Source of the DNA: Clostridiales bacterium
GTDB lineage: Bacteria; Bacillota; Clostridia; Oscillospirales; Oscillospiraceae
DNA: 64,000 bases
Direction: 5' to 3'
Assembly: GCA_012520295.1 (NCBI GenBank)
Contig: JAAYOP010000137.1
Span: forward strand, 631 to 64,630
In this document: positions 46,639 through 56,718 of the stretch, one piece after another
Layout: each line of letters begins with the position of its first letter
How positions within the stretch are numbered: position 1 is the stretch's first letter
Made by a program: the position numbers and the translations under genes
Notes under the pieces: generated by a model
Databases searched by the model: none
What the model was told of the DNA's origin: nothing
The model's input: only the letters and a program-made list of their open reading frames with translations

Positions 46639-47053
46639 GCCGGGTCTTGAGGGCTATGCCGAAACCACAGTAACTAAATCCAATACCGCCATTGCAGCCG
46701 GTTCGGGCACGTTGGAGGTCTTTGCCACTCCGTATATGGCAGCTCTTATGGAAAAAGCCGCCTGCCAATCTTTAGCTCCCTATCTTGAAAGCGGCCAAAG
46801 CTCTGTCGGTACCGGGCTTAATATAAGCCACACCTCCGCCACCCCTATTGGAATGAAGGTTTGGGCAAAGAGTACCGTATCAGCCATAGAGGGAAGAAAA
46901 ATATCCTTTGAGGTAGTCGCATACGATGAAAAGGGCCCTGTTGGCAGCGGCACCCATGAACGCTATATAGTCGCCTCGGAAAGGTTCATGGAAAAATGCC
47001 AATTAGAAGTAAACCGGGTTATAAATAAAGCTGACCACCCGCATAGCGGGTGA
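46631..47053 (+). CDS. hotdog-fold thioesterase family protein
   Basis: The ORF encodes about 140 aa from the ATG at 46631, overlapping the mobB end. Its pattern resembles small acyl-CoA thioesterases (GTGLNISHTSATPIG ... GSGTHERYIV). Confidence 0.55.
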   Translation: MIKPGLEGYAETTVTKSNTAIAAGSGTLEVFATPYMAALMEKAACQSLAPYLESGQSSVGTGLNISHTSATPIGMKVWAKSTVSAIEGRKISFEVVAYDEKGPVGSGTHERYIVASERFMEKCQLEVNRVINKADHPHSG

Positions 47054-47061
47054 TTTTATTT
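47036..47061 (+). terminator. terminator overlapping the thioesterase stop
   Basis: CACCCGC-ATA-GCGGGTG is followed by ATTTTATTT. Confidence 0.55.
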
Positions 47062-47186
47062 AAAGCCTGCTGATAAATTGTACAGTGGATATTATTTAAC
47101 ACTTATCCATGAACAGGCTTAAACAGCCCCACCGGCTCCCCGCTGTGCTGACGCCTATCTTGTAAACTATAATGCGAGGAATAACC

Positions 47187-50147
47187 ATGCTGACGCTAAA
47201 AGACATTAACAAAATTTATAAAACAGGTAGCTTGACACAGGTTGCTTTAAGAGATATCAGTGTTAGCTTCAGGAAAAGCGAGTTTGTTTCAATTCTTGGA
47301 CACAGTGGGTCGGGAAAAACCACCTTGCTGAACATTATCGGTGGCCTGGACCAGTATACAAGCGGAGACCTTATTATAAACGGGAAAAGCACAAAGGAAT
47401 ATAACGACAATGACTGGGACACATACCGGAATCATTCCGTAGGTTTTGTATTTCAAAACTACAATCTTATTCCGCACCAGAGCGTATTGTCCAATGTTGA
47501 ACTGGCGCTCACTCTCTCCGGTGTCTCCAAAACGGAGCGCCGCAGGAGAGCAAAGGAAGCTCTTGAAAGAGTGGGTCTTGCCGACCAGATTAGCAAAAAG
47601 CCAAACCAGATATCCGGCGGCCAGATGCAGAGAGTGGCAATTGCCCGCGCCCTGGTAAACAACCCGGACATACTGCTCGCCGATGAACCGACAGGCGCAC
47701 TGGATTCTGAAACAAGTATTCAGATAATGGAGATACTGAAAGAGATCTCTCGTGACAGGCTTGTAATAATGGTAACCCACAACTCTGACATCGCTGAAAA
47801 ATATTCCTCAAGGATTGTACGCCTGTCCGACGGTCGAATAACAGATGATTCTGACCCATATCAGGGAGATACTCTCCCGCCTGCGGAGAAAAAGGCGCAG
47901 AAAAAGCAAAGAAGTACCGGAGATAAGAAAAAACCCTCCATGTCCTTTACTACGGCACTTGCGCTGTCACTAAACAATCTTATGACAAAAAAGTGGCGAA
48001 CCTTTCTTACCAGCTTTGCCGGAAGTATCGGTATTATCGGTATCGCACTTATACTATCCGTCTCGACCGGCGTTCAATATTATATAGACCGGGTTCAGGA
48101 GGACACCCTGTCCAGTTATCCCGTCATTATCGAAGCGGAATCCGTTGACCTGACTTCCCTTCTTGAATCCATCGGCAACGCCAGAAGAAAGAGCGATGAG
48201 AAAAAACACGAGCTTGACGCTGTTTACGAAAACGCGGTTATGTATGAGATGTTCAACTCCTTGAATTCAGCCCAGGTCAACGAAAACAATCTGACAAGGT
48301 TTAAAGACTTTCTTGAAACAAACGAAGAGATTCAAAGCTATCTTAGCGCAATCCAATACTCCTATGACATTGATTTCAATATCTACACCAAAAATGAAGA
48401 GGGCAGCATTGTAAATCCGGATATATATGAGCTGTTTAAAAACAGCAGCGGCATGGACATGTCGGATTCCTCAAGATTCAGCTTTTTTTCAGGCTTTAAG
48501 ATATGGGAGGAAATGCTCTCAGGAAAAGACGGCGAGATAATTAATGAGACACTAAAGTCCCAGTATGAGGTTATAGCAGGACAGTGGCCTTCTTCATATG
48601 ATGAAATCGTTCTTGTGGTAGATGAAAACAATGAGGTTAGCGACCTTATTCTATACTCCCTTGGACTTAAATCCTATGAAGAAATGTATGATATCATGCT
48701 AAAGACTCAACGGGGCGAGCATATTGATACCAGCAATCCGCGCTCCTGGACCTATGATGAGATACTGAGCATGACCTTCAAACTCATACTCAATTTCGAG
48801 CACTATCAAAAAAATACCGATGGGACTTATACGGACCTTTCCACAACGGAAACCGGTGTTGAATACCTTTTTGGCAATGACACAATAGGAACCACCTTGA
48901 AGATTTCAGGAATAATTAGGGCAAACGATGACGCTGTTTCATCCATGATGCACGGTTCCATTGGATATACAAAAGCACTTACGGAGTATGTTATGGATAG
49001 AATCCGTGACTCTGAGATAATTCAAAAGCAGCTTGAAGACAGGCATACAGACATAATATCAGGGCTCCTCTTTGAAGCTGCGAATACCCGGACGCCCTCC
49101 GACGATGAAAAAATTACTAAAATAAAAGATTACATTTCATCCCTGTCCGTAGATGAAAAGGCTTCATTATATACACAAATCGAATCCACCCCCACAGAGG
49201 AATATATCGAGAAAGCCGTATCTGAGCAGCTGTCTTCAATCGACAGGGCACAGCTTGAAAGTCTTATGATAAAATCTTATGCAGAACGTATGGGAATAAC
49301 CGACACATCTTCTGTTGAGGCCTATATTGAGTCTATGGATGACGACGCCCTGTATGCGGTGGCGGCCCAGGGTTTGCGCGAGGCTATATCGCTATCCTAC
49401 ACAGAACAGGCACTGGCCAGACTGGCATCCATCAGTAATGAAGCCCTGGCAGATATGCTGGAAAATGCGGCATATTCCCGTGAAAAATATATCTCTCTTT
49501 ATGATATGTATATGCCTTCCGAGGTTTCACAAAGCACATATGAGGAAAACCTGAAGCTTTTAGGCTATGCAAGTGAAGACAGTCCATCCTCAATCAGCCT
49601 GTTTGCCACAACCTTTAAAGACAAGGACGAAATTGCAAGGCTGATAACCGAATATAACAGGACAGTGGATGAGGAGGATGCCATCTCTTATACGGATTAT
49701 GTGGCTCTGCTCATGTCCTCTGTAACAACAATAATAAACGCCATATCATATGTCCTCATCGCCTTCGTTGCCATTTCACTGGTTGTTTCTTCAATTATGA
49801 TTGGTATCATAACCTATATATCCGTACTTGAAAGAACAAAGGAAATTGGAATTCTCCGTTCCATAGGCGCATCAAAGAAGGATATAGCCAGAGTTTTCAA
49901 CGCGGAAACCATTATCGTAGGCTTCGGAGCGGGCCTAATAGGCATCGGCTTTACACTGCTGTTACTTCTTCCCATTAACCTTATATTACACAATCTGACC
50001 GGTATCAATATTTTAAGTGCCAGGCTTCCTGTTAACGGCGCAATAGTCCTGATAATCATCAGCATAATTCTTACCTTCATAGCCGGACTTATCCCCTCCG
50101 GTATAGCAGCAAAGAAAAATCCTGTGGAGGCGCTGCGAGTAGAGTAA
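47187..50147 (+). CDS. fused ABC transporter ATPase + FtsX/MacB-type permease with ~545-aa extracytoplasmic domain
   Basis: The N-terminal ABC domain has a Walker A (GHSGSGKTT), a signature motif (ISGGQMQR) and a Walker B (ILLADEPT). TM1 lies near aa 275-300. A long soluble region follows, then a C-terminal FtsX module (ERTKEIGILRSIGASKKDI plus 3 TM helices). Confidence 0.85.
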   Translation: MLTLKDINKIYKTGSLTQVALRDISVSFRKSEFVSILGHSGSGKTTLLNIIGGLDQYTSGDLIINGKSTKEYNDNDWDTYRNHSVGFVFQNYNLIPHQSVLSNVELALTLSGVSKTERRRRAKEALERVGLADQISKKPNQISGGQMQRVAIARALVNNPDILLADEPTGALDSETSIQIMEILKEISRDRLVIMVTHNSDIAEKYSSRIVRLSDGRITDDSDPYQGDTLPPAEKKAQKKQRSTGDKKKPSMSFTTALALSLNNLMTKKWRTFLTSFAGSIGIIGIALILSVSTGVQYYIDRVQEDTLSSYPVIIEAESVDLTSLLESIGNARRKSDEKKHELDAVYENAVMYEMFNSLNSAQVNENNLTRFKDFLETNEEIQSYLSAIQYSYDIDFNIYTKNEEGSIVNPDIYELFKNSSGMDMSDSSRFSFFSGFKIWEEMLSGKDGEIINETLKSQYEVIAGQWPSSYDEIVLVVDENNEVSDLILYSLGLKSYEEMYDIMLKTQRGEHIDTSNPRSWTYDEILSMTFKLILNFEHYQKNTDGTYTDLSTTETGVEYLFGNDTIGTTLKISGIIRANDDAVSSMMHGSIGYTKALTEYVMDRIRDSEIIQKQLEDRHTDIISGLLFEAANTRTPSDDEKITKIKDYISSLSVDEKASLYTQIESTPTEEYIEKAVSEQLSSIDRAQLESLMIKSYAERMGITDTSSVEAYIESMDDDALYAVAAQGLREAISLSYTEQALARLASISNEALADMLENAAYSREKYISLYDMYMPSEVSQSTYEENLKLLGYASEDSPSSISLFATTFKDKDEIARLITEYNRTVDEEDAISYTDYVALLMSSVTTIINAISYVLIAFVAISLVVSSIMIGIITYISVLERTKEIGILRSIGASKKDIARVFNAETIIVGFGAGLIGIGFTLLLLLPINLILHNLTGINILSARLPVNGAIVLIIISIILTFIAGLIPSGIAAKKNPVEALRVE

Positions 50148-50166
50148 TATATTTATATGTCCGATA

Positions 50167-50214
50167 AAACAGGCTGCGGAAAGCAAAGTCAACGCTTTTC
50201 CACAGCCTGTTTTT
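50167..50214 (+). terminator. intrinsic terminator after the ABC transporter gene
   Basis: AAACAGGCTGCGGAAAGC pairs with GCTTTTCCACAGCCTGTTT. The stem has one bulge and one mismatch and runs into TTTT. Confidence 0.75.
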
Positions 50215-50396
50215 ATGCAGCCGAAATTGATAATATCTATATATATTATTTTATTTCCGGTAAAGAATATAATTAATGCCTGCTTGCAGCGCAATGAGTT
50301 TACAGCGTTTATCCGCAAATCCATTCCATCTGAAGCAAATTTGTTTCGCAAAATCCATTTGTTCAGTGGACATTAATTATCAGATAATTACAGGAG

Positions 50397-51944
50397 TTGA
50401 TTATTCTCGTGGAAAGCAGCACTGTTTCATATTGGAATCTCACCGGAGCGAAAAGCCCATACCCTCGTCTTGAAAACAACTTGGAGACGGATATCCTGAT
50501 TATTGGCAGCGGAATTACCGGCATTACATGTGCATACTGTCTGACACAAAAGGGTCTTAGACCTACAGTCATTGAAGCGGGCGGTCTTTGCGACGGTACC
50601 ACCGGCAATACAACAGGCAAAATTACTATCCAGCACGACATTATATACAGTAAAATCATGGAAAAGCACGGCAGGGATTATGCCTGGCAATACTGCACAT
50701 CCCAGAGCGAGGCATTGGAATTTGTCAAGCAAACGGTAAAAAATGAATCCATTAACTGCCAATTATATGATAATACCGCTTATGTTTATGCATCCATGGA
50801 AAGGGATCTTGAGCTTATTAAAAAGGAATTTGAAGCAGCAAAAGAACTGGGCATCGACTGTGAGTTTATAGATAAGCCGGAATTTCCTCCCCAAAACTTC
50901 GGAATGCTGGCTTTTAAAAACCAGGCAGTATTTCACAGTGTAAGATATGTGGATTCCCTTGCAAAAATCGCAGCTTCCAGAGGTGCCGAAATATATACAA
51001 ATACCAAGGCCTATAAGATTTCCAACGGGGAAACAATAACAGTACACTGCGATAATAACATAGAGATAAAAACTAAACATCTGGTTATGGCAACACAGTA
51101 TCCTATTTATGACGGGCCCAACCTGTTCTACACGCGTCTTTTCCCAAAACGAACCTACGGAGTTGCAGTAAAAGCAAAAAGAGACTGGCCTGAAGGCAGC
51201 TATGTAAACGCCAGCGGGAGAACCCGATCAATCAGGACTCATGTGGAGAAGGGTCAAAAGGTTCTGATTGTTGTGGGAGACGGGCATCTTACGGGCAGAA
51301 GCGATGTAAATATGGACGAGCATCTGACAAATCTTATAGAATTCTCTGAACGCATTGCGGGAGTAGAACAGATTTATGCCAAATGGTCGGCACAGGACTA
51401 TGACACTCCGGATCAAATACCGTATATCGGACGTATATCGGACAAATCAAACATATATGTAGCCTCCGGATTCAGAAAATGGGGATTATCCAATGGAACC
51501 CTGTCCGGAATTCTGATATCTGAGCTTATAAAAGACGGAAATTGCCGTTATGAAGAGCTCTATTCAAGGAAGAGAGCCGACTATTCAAGCTCCCTGGGCA
51601 AAACAATCAAAGAGGTAGGCTTGTCTGTCTATGAGCTGATAAAATCTAAGCTGGAGGGCACTGAGAGTATACTGGACTTAAAGCAGGGGGAGGGCCGGGT
51701 AATAAGCTTCGAAGGTAAAAAAGCGGGCATATATCGGGACTATGACGATTCTGTTATTATACTGGATATAACCTGCACCCATATGGGGACCGAGCTAAAT
51801 TTCAATTCGGCGGAGAAAACCTGGGACTGTCCCGCTCACGGAGGCAGGTATAATATTGAGGGAAGGCTGTTGGAGGGTCCTCCAAAGCACAATCTAAAAG
51901 TTCTTTATAAAGGACAGTTTTCGGACCTTCATACGACCAATTAA
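50397..51944 (+). CDS. FAD-dependent oxidoreductase fused to a C-terminal Rieske [2Fe-2S] domain (YhfW-like)
   Basis: The ORF has an FAD dinucleotide fold (DILIIGSGITGITCAY) and the Rieske motifs CTHMG...CPAHGG. The exact start is uncertain (TTG at 50397 or GTG at 50409). Confidence 0.75.
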   Translation: MIILVESSTVSYWNLTGAKSPYPRLENNLETDILIIGSGITGITCAYCLTQKGLRPTVIEAGGLCDGTTGNTTGKITIQHDIIYSKIMEKHGRDYAWQYCTSQSEALEFVKQTVKNESINCQLYDNTAYVYASMERDLELIKKEFEAAKELGIDCEFIDKPEFPPQNFGMLAFKNQAVFHSVRYVDSLAKIAASRGAEIYTNTKAYKISNGETITVHCDNNIEIKTKHLVMATQYPIYDGPNLFYTRLFPKRTYGVAVKAKRDWPEGSYVNASGRTRSIRTHVEKGQKVLIVVGDGHLTGRSDVNMDEHLTNLIEFSERIAGVEQIYAKWSAQDYDTPDQIPYIGRISDKSNIYVASGFRKWGLSNGTLSGILISELIKDGNCRYEELYSRKRADYSSSLGKTIKEVGLSVYELIKSKLEGTESILDLKQGEGRVISFEGKKAGIYRDYDDSVIILDITCTHMGTELNFNSAEKTWDCPAHGGRYNIEGRLLEGPPKHNLKVLYKGQFSDLHTTN

Positions 51945-51982
51945 TTTCTACTGCACAAACGGGTTCCGAGAAACGCATTTGA

Positions 51983-52037
51983 AAAAAGAGCAAATTTGCT
52001 CTTTTTAACGGGCAAAACAGGTTTATTTTGCCCGTTT
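51983..52037 (+). terminator. two tandem hairpin terminators after the FAD/Rieske gene
   Basis: The first element is a perfect 24-nt palindrome, AAAAAGAGCAAATTTGCTCTTTTT. The second is ACGGGCAAAA-8 nt-TTTTGCCCGT followed by TT. Confidence 0.6.
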
Positions 52038-52127
52038 CAGATACATTATTGATTGACTGCCTGAATGGTTTGTGGTCCCACGCCGTAAATCTTGGACACT
52101 GCAAACAGGCATATCTGCTTTTTAACC

Positions 52128-52177
52128 GAAAAAAGCCGCAGCCTTTTTGTCTGCAAAAAGGAACTTGCGGCTTTTTA
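52128..52177 (-). terminator. terminator of the prs-like gene
   Basis: On the minus strand AAAAAGCCGCA...TGCGGCTTTTTT lies 16 nt after the stop. An inner hairpin is also present. Confidence 0.65.
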
Positions 52178-52192
52178 TTATATTTTTCTATG

Positions 52193-53323
52193 TCAGCGCC
52201 CTGCCAGCAGAGCTTTTATTTTTTCATGGGGATCGAGAAGGGCGCTTACACTGACCTGGTGGTTTATTGCTGCAATAATATAGGCTATGTATTTACTGCA
52301 GTCTACCTCATAAAACCACTGCCTGCTTTTAAGAGCATCGGTTCTGTATGTTAAATTTGTTCCAAATACGCCGGTAATTATACCGTTTTCATATGCTTTG
52401 TCAAATTCATCCAGACCGTTTGTAAACAATGCGTAGGTGGCGCATACAAAAATTTTATCGGCCTTCCTCTTTTTAAGTTCATAGGCTATATCCAGAGAGG
52501 ATTCCCCCGAGGATATAATATCATCTGCTATAAATATTGTTTTGCCTGTCACATCGTCACCCAAGTATTCGTGGGCAACTATGGGATTGCGACCATTTAC
52601 AACGCGGGAATAGTCTCTGCGCTTATAAAACATTCCCAAATTTACTTCCAGAACAGAGGAATAGTACATGTTACGGTGCATCGCGCCTTCGTCGGGACTC
52701 ACCACCATGAAATGATCCCTGTCCAGCTTTATGTCGGGAAAATAACGTAACAGGGCTTTCAGAACCTGGTAATGGGGCATAATGTTGTCGAAGCCCAGCA
52801 ATGGGATAGCATTCTGAACCCTGGCATCATGCGCATCGAATGTAACAACATTTGAAACACCCATTGTCTTTAGCTCCTGCAGCGCACAGGCACAATCAAG
52901 ACTCTCTCGGTAGTTTCTGCGGTGCTGGCGGCTGCCATATAAAAGCGGCATAATAACCGTCATGCTGTGTGCCTTTCCGCTAGAAGCCTGGATAAGTCTT
53001 TTCAGATCCTGAAAATGATCATCGGGACTCATGCAGTTCTGATACCCGAAGATGTTATATTTACAGTTATAATTTCCCACATCCACAAGAAAGTACAAGT
53101 CCATGCCTCTTATGGTTTCCCTTATTATTCCCTTCCCGTCACCGGATGAAAAACGTGGACATTCGCATTCTATTAAAAACGTATCTTTCTCTTCAGGTCC
53201 GCCTTTTGCCCAGGATACCAGGTATTGATCAATTTTTTCGCCTAATTCCCTTGCGCCCTCTGTCACAACCAAGCCCAGTCTGGGGAATTTATTCCCTGTA
53301 TGAAAAATCATCTCTTTTTCCAT
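52193..53323 (-). CDS. ribose-phosphate pyrophosphokinase-family protein (long, 376 aa)
   Basis: The ORF shows a phosphoribosyltransferase fold with a PRPP-binding loop (IFIADDIISSGESS) and a Prs-like N-domain. It is longer than a canonical Prs of about 315 aa. Confidence 0.6.
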   Translation of the reverse strand: MEKEMIFHTGNKFPRLGLVVTEGARELGEKIDQYLVSWAKGGPEEKDTFLIECECPRFSSGDGKGIIRETIRGMDLYFLVDVGNYNCKYNIFGYQNCMSPDDHFQDLKRLIQASSGKAHSMTVIMPLLYGSRQHRRNYRESLDCACALQELKTMGVSNVVTFDAHDARVQNAIPLLGFDNIMPHYQVLKALLRYFPDIKLDRDHFMVVSPDEGAMHRNMYYSSVLEVNLGMFYKRRDYSRVVNGRNPIVAHEYLGDDVTGKTIFIADDIISSGESSLDIAYELKKRKADKIFVCATYALFTNGLDEFDKAYENGIITGVFGTNLTYRTDALKSRQWFYEVDCSKYIAYIIAAINHQVSVSALLDPHEKIKALLAGR

Positions 53324-53524
53324 TTTCCTGCCATATTCCTCTCTGTTTTATCTGGTCCGATACCGGATTATGATATCGCCCTATACATCATATCACAAAG
53401 TCGGTATAAATAAATACTTGCCTGACCCTATTATAATTTCTTCAATATAAAATAATGTACCCGGCGCTGTTTGTCAAATGAAATATTTATTTTTAGCGCT
53501 CAGTATTTTTATGTCTTCAAGATA

Positions 53525-53552
53525 TTGAAGTCTTTTAAAAAAATGTTATAAT
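53525..53552 (+). promoter_or_regulatory. candidate sigma-A promoter of ilvE with extended -10
   Basis: The sequence reads TTGAAG-16 nt-TATAAT, with TGt immediately upstream of the -10. Confidence 0.5.
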
Positions 53553-53620
53553 AAATATTTATAGTACATTTTTGACTAAAATTTAAACTATAGATAGTTG
53601 AACGCGGAAAGGATGATAAA

Positions 53621-54685
53621 ATGGAAAAGATAATGATTGAGCTTACTAAAAACCCGAAGAATAAACCCGATTCCAAAAATTTAGGATTTGGCAAATATTT
53701 TTCCGACCATATGTTTGTTATGGATTATGACACCGGTAAGGGCTGGCATAATCCAAGAATTGTCCCATACGGCCCCTTCAGCATTGAACCCTCGGCAATG
53801 GTTCTTCATTATGCCCAGGAGATTTTTGAAGGCCTGAAGGCATACCGGCGCGCAGATGGAAGGGTTCAGCTTTTCAGGCCCTGGGACAATATACGAAGAA
53901 TGAACAATTCTGCCGAGCGCCTGAGTATCCCAAAGGTTGACGAGGAGCTGGTTCTCGAAGCCATGAAGCAGCTGGTCAGAATCGATATAGACTGGGTGCC
54001 CTCAGATCCGGAAACCTCTCTCTATATCCGCCCCTTTATTTTCGCAAATGAACCCCATGTGGGAGTCCACTCTTCAAATAAATATATATTTTGCATTATA
54101 ACCTCACCCGTCGGAGCTTATTATCCCGAGGGCATGAATCCCGTTAAAATTTTTGTGGAAAGCCGCGATGTACGCACGGTCAGGGGCGGAACAGGCAGCG
54201 CAAAAACCGGCGGCAACTACGCTGCTACTCTCAGAGCGGGCGAGGAGGCAGGTAAAAGGGGTTTTTCTCAGGTACTGTGGCTTGACGGCATACACAGAAA
54301 ATATATTGAAGAAGTAGGCAGTATGAATGTATGGTTTAAAATAAACGGCAAGATAATAACTCCGCCTCTGGAGGGTACTATTCTTCCGGGTATTACAAGG
54401 GCATCCTGTATAGACATATTAAACCACTGGGGAATACCGATTTCAGAGCGTCTTATTACCATAGATGAACTGATAGAATCTGCCCATAAAGGTCTGCTTG
54501 AAGAAGCCTGGGGCAGCGGGACAGCTGCCGTTATCTCACCCATAGGCGAAATATTCTACAAGGATGAAAGGTTTATTGTCAATGAAGGTAAAACCGGTCC
54601 CTTAACCGGAAAGCTTTATGATTATCTAACCGCCATACAGTGGGGAAAGACAGAAGACCCCTTCAGCTGGACTGTTATACTTTGA
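53621..54685 (+). CDS. ilvE: branched-chain amino acid aminotransferase
   Basis: A 354-aa ORF shows class IV aminotransferase features (LHYAQEIFEGLKAYR, GTGSAKTGGNYAA). Confidence 0.9.
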   Translation: MEKIMIELTKNPKNKPDSKNLGFGKYFSDHMFVMDYDTGKGWHNPRIVPYGPFSIEPSAMVLHYAQEIFEGLKAYRRADGRVQLFRPWDNIRRMNNSAERLSIPKVDEELVLEAMKQLVRIDIDWVPSDPETSLYIRPFIFANEPHVGVHSSNKYIFCIITSPVGAYYPEGMNPVKIFVESRDVRTVRGGTGSAKTGGNYAATLRAGEEAGKRGFSQVLWLDGIHRKYIEEVGSMNVWFKINGKIITPPLEGTILPGITRASCIDILNHWGIPISERLITIDELIESAHKGLLEEAWGSGTAAVISPIGEIFYKDERFIVNEGKTGPLTGKLYDYLTAIQWGKTEDPFSWTVIL

Positions 54686-54768
54686 TTTTTACTTACGGTC
54701 ACATTTCTGCGTTTAACAAACCTATAACTTAATCTTGCCGGCACACAACGGCGGAATGGACGGAAGAT

Positions 54769-56076
54769 ATGTATCATATATACAACCTTAAGGCAGAGAC
54801 CATGCCTGTGGAAAAGCTCAGAGAGCTTCAAAGCAAAAGACTTGCCGATACAGTCAGACGGGTTTACGATAATGTGCCCTTCTACAGAAAAAAAATTGAT
54901 GATGCGGGAATCTCTCCGGCGGACATAAGGTCCATTGAGGACCTGAACAAACTCCCTTTTACGGTAAAACAGGATTTGAGAGACAACTATCCTTACGGAC
55001 TGTTTGCCGTTCCTATGGAAGAAATCGTGCGTATTCACGCGTCTTCAGGAACTACCGGGAAGCAAACTGTCGTAGGATACACAAAAAACGATATCCGGCT
55101 CTGGGGAGAGGTCATGGCCAGAACTCTCGGTGCAGGGGGTATTACAAAAAAGGACATCGGACATATCAGCTATGGCTACGGGCTTTTTACCGGAGGTCTT
55201 GGCGGTCATATCGGTTCTGAGACAATAGGATGCGCGACAATACCGGCCTCAACGGGCAACACACAGCGCCAGGTTACAATACTACAGGATTTTAAGCCCA
55301 CATTCATATTATGCACCCCGTCTTACGCACTGACTATAGCAGAATACATTGAAGACAATAACATCCCCCTGGACAATCTCAGCCTGAAATGCGGCTTTTT
55401 CGGAGCAGAGCCCTGGACCGAGAGTATGCGGGCGGAATTGGAGCGAAAACTAAATTTAAAAGCATACGATATTTATGGTCTGTCTGAAATAATCGGACCC
55501 GGTGTAGGCTATGAATGCCAGGAACAAAATGGCTTGCATATCGCGGAAGATCACTTCTATTTGGAGATCATAGATCCGGATACAGGCAAGCAGATGCCCG
55601 ATGGTCAACCGGGTGAAATAGTGTTTACCTGTTTAACAAAGGAAGCTCTCCCCCTTATAAGATACCGCACCCGGGATGTGGGATATAAGCTTCCCGGTCT
55701 GTGCGCATGCGGACGCACCTGTGTTCGTATGTCAAAGCCTTCCGGAAGGACGGACGACATGCTCATTATAAGAGGCGTGAATGTATTCCCATCTCAAATT
55801 GAAACCGTATTAATGGAAATGGGAGGACTTGCTCCCCACTACCAACTGGTAGTCGAGAGGGAAGGTACTCTTGACAGACTTACTGTCCTTGTTGAATTGA
55901 CAGAAGAGAATTTTACAAGTGAAATAAGACGTTTAGAAGAAATAAACAGAAAGATCCGAAGTGAAATTGAATCTGTTCTTGGCATTTCAGTGAAGGTAAA
56001 GCTCGTTTCCCCAAAATCCATTGAGCGATTTGAAGGAAAAGCCGTAAGAGTAGTTGACAAGAGAAACCTGAAATAA
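54769..56076 (+). CDS. paaK: phenylacetate-CoA ligase family adenylating enzyme
   Basis: A 435-aa ORF has the AMP-binding motif SSGTTGK and PaaK-like N- and C-terminal domains. Confidence 0.8.
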   Translation: MYHIYNLKAETMPVEKLRELQSKRLADTVRRVYDNVPFYRKKIDDAGISPADIRSIEDLNKLPFTVKQDLRDNYPYGLFAVPMEEIVRIHASSGTTGKQTVVGYTKNDIRLWGEVMARTLGAGGITKKDIGHISYGYGLFTGGLGGHIGSETIGCATIPASTGNTQRQVTILQDFKPTFILCTPSYALTIAEYIEDNNIPLDNLSLKCGFFGAEPWTESMRAELERKLNLKAYDIYGLSEIIGPGVGYECQEQNGLHIAEDHFYLEIIDPDTGKQMPDGQPGEIVFTCLTKEALPLIRYRTRDVGYKLPGLCACGRTCVRMSKPSGRTDDMLIIRGVNVFPSQIETVLMEMGGLAPHYQLVVEREGTLDRLTVLVELTEENFTSEIRRLEEINRKIRSEIESVLGISVKVKLVSPKSIERFEGKAVRVVDKRNLK

Positions 56077-56093
56077 CAATAAGGAGAATTTAC

Positions 56094-56513
56094 ATGTTTT
56101 TAAAGCAGCTTTCAATTTTTGTGGAAAATCGCCTGGGAGCGATTGCCGAGGCAACTGAGGTTTTGGCCGCAAACAATATTAACATCAGAGCTTTAACAAC
56201 CGCCGATACAACAGATTTCGGAATTTTACGCCTTATTGTTGATAAACCGGAGCTGGCGGCTAAAAAGCTGAGAGAGAATTCTATTATTGTCAATGTCTCA
56301 AATGTAATAGGTATAAAACTGGATGATACTCCCGGCAGTTTCCATAAGGTATTAAAAATACTGTCTGAATCCGGCATTGCCGTTGAATACAGTTATGCCT
56401 TCGTATCACCCTTTGCGGGAAGTGCCAATATCATTCTGCGGGTTCAGGACGAACATACTGCTTTAAGGGTACTTACTGACAATAATATTAAATTTATTGA
56501 AGAAGTAAATTAA
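56094..56513 (+). CDS. ACT domain-containing protein
   Basis: A 139-aa ORF has a tandem ACT-like pattern (LSIFVENRLGAIAEATEVLAANNINI). It lies downstream of paaK, a common pairing in anaerobes. Confidence 0.7.
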   Translation: MFLKQLSIFVENRLGAIAEATEVLAANNINIRALTTADTTDFGILRLIVDKPELAAKKLRENSIIVNVSNVIGIKLDDTPGSFHKVLKILSESGIAVEYSYAFVSPFAGSANIILRVQDEHTALRVLTDNNIKFIEEVN

Positions 56514-56525
56514 AACTGTTTAAAA

Positions 56526-56570
56526 AGACAGGGTAATGGTATGAAGCTCTTACCCTGTCTTCTCTTTTCT
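56526..56570 (+). terminator. intrinsic terminator after the ACT-domain gene
   Basis: AGACAGGGTAA-13 nt-TTACCCTGTCT is followed by a T-rich tract. Confidence 0.75.
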
Positions 56571-56639
56571 GCTATTCTCCATAGAGTTTTTTGGCCTTTC
56601 TTTCCGCAGCTTTACCATAGGGTGAAATTTGCAAAAACA

Positions 56640-56668
56640 TTGATAATTTAATGGTTTTTTGGTATAAT
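56640..56668 (+). promoter_or_regulatory. candidate dnaA promoter
   Basis: The sequence reads TTGATA-17 nt-TATAAT with an extended TGg. It lies about 50 nt upstream of the TTG start of dnaA. Confidence 0.6.
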
Positions 56669-56718
56669 TACATAGTTATTATAGCGATTTATTATCGGTA
56701 TGAAGGGACTGATATTTA

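Noticed and set aside
53324-53620. A possible T-box or other leader riboswitch in the 297-bp gap upstream of ilvE.
   Set aside because: The conserved T-box sequence (AGGGTGGNACCGCG-like) is absent, and so is a terminator/antiterminator pair. The best promoter (53525-53552) leaves only a leader of about 65 nt.
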